DNA of 24,000 nt from Methanocorpusculum sp. (GTDB lineage Archaea; Halobacteriota; Methanomicrobia; Methanomicrobiales; Methanocorpusculaceae): NCBI GenBank assembly GCA_017387505.1, contig JAFOFB010000015.1, forward strand, positions 139,469-163,468, read 5' to 3'. This document shows positions 22,219 to 24,000 of the stretch, piece by piece. The position numbers were made by a program, and so were the translations under genes. The notes beneath the pieces were generated by a model that saw nothing but the letters and a program-made list of their open reading frames with translations, searched no databases and was not told the origin of the DNA. Every line of letters begins with the position of its first letter. Position 1 is the first letter of the stretch.

Positions 22219-23403
22219 ATGGCCGCTCGTGAGATTGTTGAGAATATCTACGCTGTCGGAACGATTAACTGGGATCTTCGTTACTTCGATGCAATTATGC
22301 CGACTCCGAGAGGAAGCAGTTACAATGCATACCTTGTAAGAGGAACGGAGAAGGTTGCGTTAGTTGATACCGGAGAGCCGAATGACGAGGCTGAGTTCAT
22401 CACCAATCTCATGAGACTTGACCAGAACTCGCTTGACTATATCGTCTGTCTCCACGGTGAGCAGGATCACTCAGGAATGCTTCCGCTTCTCCTTGATGTG
22501 TTCCCGATGGCAAAAGTCGTAACCAACGAAGTCTGCAAGGGACTCCTTGTCGAGATGCACAACCTCTACGAAATGGATGACCGTTTCATCATCGTTGGAC
22601 AGGATGACACCATTGATTTAGGCGGAAAGACGCTTAAGTTCTATCTTGCTCCGTGGGTACACTGGCCGGACACAATGTTTGCAGAAGTGGTTGAAGACAA
22701 AGTGCTCTTCACTTCCGACTTCCTTGGAACCCACTATGCATCCGAGACTCTCTTCCAGAATTATGATCTTCCGGATTATCTTGAGGCAGCAAAGAGATAT
22801 TATGCCGCAATTATGATGCCGTTTAGAGCATCTGTCCGCGAATATCTTGAGCTTGTCAAAACAATCGATCCAAAGATTATTGCTCCGTATCATGGTCCGG
22901 TTTTAAAGATGCCGGCAAAGATTGTCGATCTTTATGCAGACTGGGCAAGCGAGACCCCGAAGAACAAAGTTGTTGTTGCATATGTTTCAATGCACGGAAG
23001 CACAAAGCAGATGGCAAACTTCCTTGTCGATGCTTTAATCCAGAGAGGAGTTCCGGTAAACCAGTACAACCTGCTTGATACTGATTCCGGCGTTCTTGGA
23101 AGTGCAATTGTTGATGCGGCAACTATTATTCTCGCAACTCCGACCGTACTATTTGGTCCTCACCCGGTTGCAGTAAATGCGGCATACCTTGTCCGCGCTC
23201 TGCGTCCGAAAACTAAGTATCTCGGTGTCATGGGTTCATACGGCTGGGGCACAAACGCTGTAAACTATCTTGCCGAAATGCTTGAACCTGTCGGCGCTGA
23301 GATTCTGGAGCCCGTTTACATTAAAGGTCTTCCAGACGAGACGACCATTGTTGACATCAACAAGCTCGCAGACGTCATTGCTGAAAAGCACAAAGACCTC
23401 TAA
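22219..23403 (+). CDS. fprA: Flavodiiron protein (FprA-type F420H2 oxidase / A-type flavoprotein): metallo-beta-lactamase-like domain plus flavodoxin domain
   Basis: Di-iron motif LHGEQDHSG. C-terminal flavodoxin-like VVVAYVSMHGSTKQMANFL. It starts 5 nt after the rubredoxin stop, with AAGGTG just upstream. Confidence 0.85.
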   Translation: MAAREIVENIYAVGTINWDLRYFDAIMPTPRGSSYNAYLVRGTEKVALVDTGEPNDEAEFITNLMRLDQNSLDYIVCLHGEQDHSGMLPLLLDVFPMAKVVTNEVCKGLLVEMHNLYEMDDRFIIVGQDDTIDLGGKTLKFYLAPWVHWPDTMFAEVVEDKVLFTSDFLGTHYASETLFQNYDLPDYLEAAKRYYAAIMMPFRASVREYLELVKTIDPKIIAPYHGPVLKMPAKIVDLYADWASETPKNKVVVAYVSMHGSTKQMANFLVDALIQRGVPVNQYNLLDTDSGVLGSAIVDAATIILATPTVLFGPHPVAVNAAYLVRALRPKTKYLGVMGSYGWGTNAVNYLAEMLEPVGAEILEPVYIKGLPDETTIVDINKLADVIAEKHKDL

Positions 23404-23407
23404 CTCA

Positions 23408-23418
23408 TTTCTTTTTTT
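23408..23418 (+). terminator. T-rich tract after fprA
   Basis: TTTCTTTTTTT begins 5 nt after the fprA stop. Confidence 0.5.
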
Positions 23419-23537
23419 CATCATCTCACATATTGACAGATGCTTTTTCACTGCTTCTTTGAGGCATACTATACGCTAGTCTTATCTCATACTACAACCC
23501 ATATTTTAAGCAATAATTATTGGCAGGTGCAGATAAG

Positions 23538-24000
23538 ATGCGAGTCGTAATGAAGTTTGGTGGAACATCCGTCGGCGACATTGATGCCATCCGTAAGGTT
23601 GTTGCAATTATTAAGGAATCACACGATAAGGGGAACGAGGTAGCTGTAGTGGTTTCTGCGATGACCAGGGTAACTGATCAGATTATCGCAGAGGCAGAGC
23701 GCATTGTAACCTGTACTGACAGGAAAGTGCTCGATAACTTCATGGCTGACTTACGCACCCGTCATATCACCACCCTTGAAGCGGTTGCTCCGGATTATAT
23801 CGAAGAGGTTACAAAACACATCGATATCCGCTTAGACCGCCTGAAGAATATCTTAGTTGCAGTTCACAATCTCAGAGAGCTTACCCCGCGCTCCAGAGAT
23901 TACATCATCTCCTTTGGTGAGAAACTTTCTGCACCAATCGTTTCTGCCGCACTTCGTCAGGTTGGAATCCCCTCCTTCCAGATCAGCGGCTGTGACGCCG
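23538..24000 (+). CDS. Aspartate kinase, 3'-truncated by the window edge
   Basis: Hand translation from ATG 23538 gives [50 protein letters not shown]... This contains the amino-acid-kinase motifs KFGGTSV and VVVSAM. The frame is open to the end of the window. Confidence 0.85.
   Translation, partial: MRVVMKFGGTSVGDIDAIRKVVAIIKESHDKGNEVAVVVSAMTRVTDQIIAEAERIVTCTDRKVLDNFMADLRTRHITTLEAVAPDYIEEVTKHIDIRLDRLKNILVAVHNLRELTPRSRDYIISFGEKLSAPIVSAALRQVGIPSFQISGCDA

Noticed and set aside
1-24000. CRISPR arrays, rRNA or tRNA genes, and IS elements with a transposase
   Set aside because: I found no regularly spaced repeats of 25-40 bp, no rRNA-like or cloverleaf-compatible GC-rich segments in the intergenic regions, and no transposase-like ORF in either strand's track.

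Overview
Archaeal chromosomal segment, roughly 45-50% GC by hand sampling. It is most likely from a Methanomicrobiales-type hydrogenotrophic methanogen. The inferred markers are thiol:fumarate reductase TfrAB, an FprA-type flavodiiron protein with rubredoxin, class I HMG-CoA reductase, Rio2 kinase, a DUF460 protein, a FlaI/FlaJ-like ATPase/platform pair and a PGF-CTERM sorting signal. I support 22 protein genes. Two were absent from the ORF track: a 51-aa rubredoxin and a 3'-open aspartate kinase. One further gene is 5'-open. Several ORF-track starts are revised inward (rio2, thiL, tfrB, trpF, ubiB-like, radical SAM). I saw no rRNA, tRNA or CRISPR array. Most of the window is housekeeping: thiamine salvage (thiL, thiM-thiE), isoprenoid synthesis (hmgA), reductive TCA branch (tfrAB) and O2 detoxification. 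The only clearly accessory stretch is about 10.5-13.05 kb. There an AT-rich tyrosine integrase and an AT-rich GxxExxY (PD-(D/E)XK) gene lie on either side of a stand-alone trpF. Points most worth a second look: (1) the GxxExxY gene sits in a ~740-bp cassette bounded by ~90-bp co-linear imperfect inverted arms, and the inner hairpins of the arms keep their loop and closing pairs while the stems differ in a compensated way; (2) a perfect 19-bp duplication of the hmgA 3' end (stop codon included) brackets a 57-bp GC-rich insert; (3) a secretion ATPase has 105 conserved-looking in-frame codons upstream of its first possible start codon; (4) rio2, DUF460 and thiL are chained by overlapping stop/start codons. 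All family calls come from motif recognition by eye; no database search was run.
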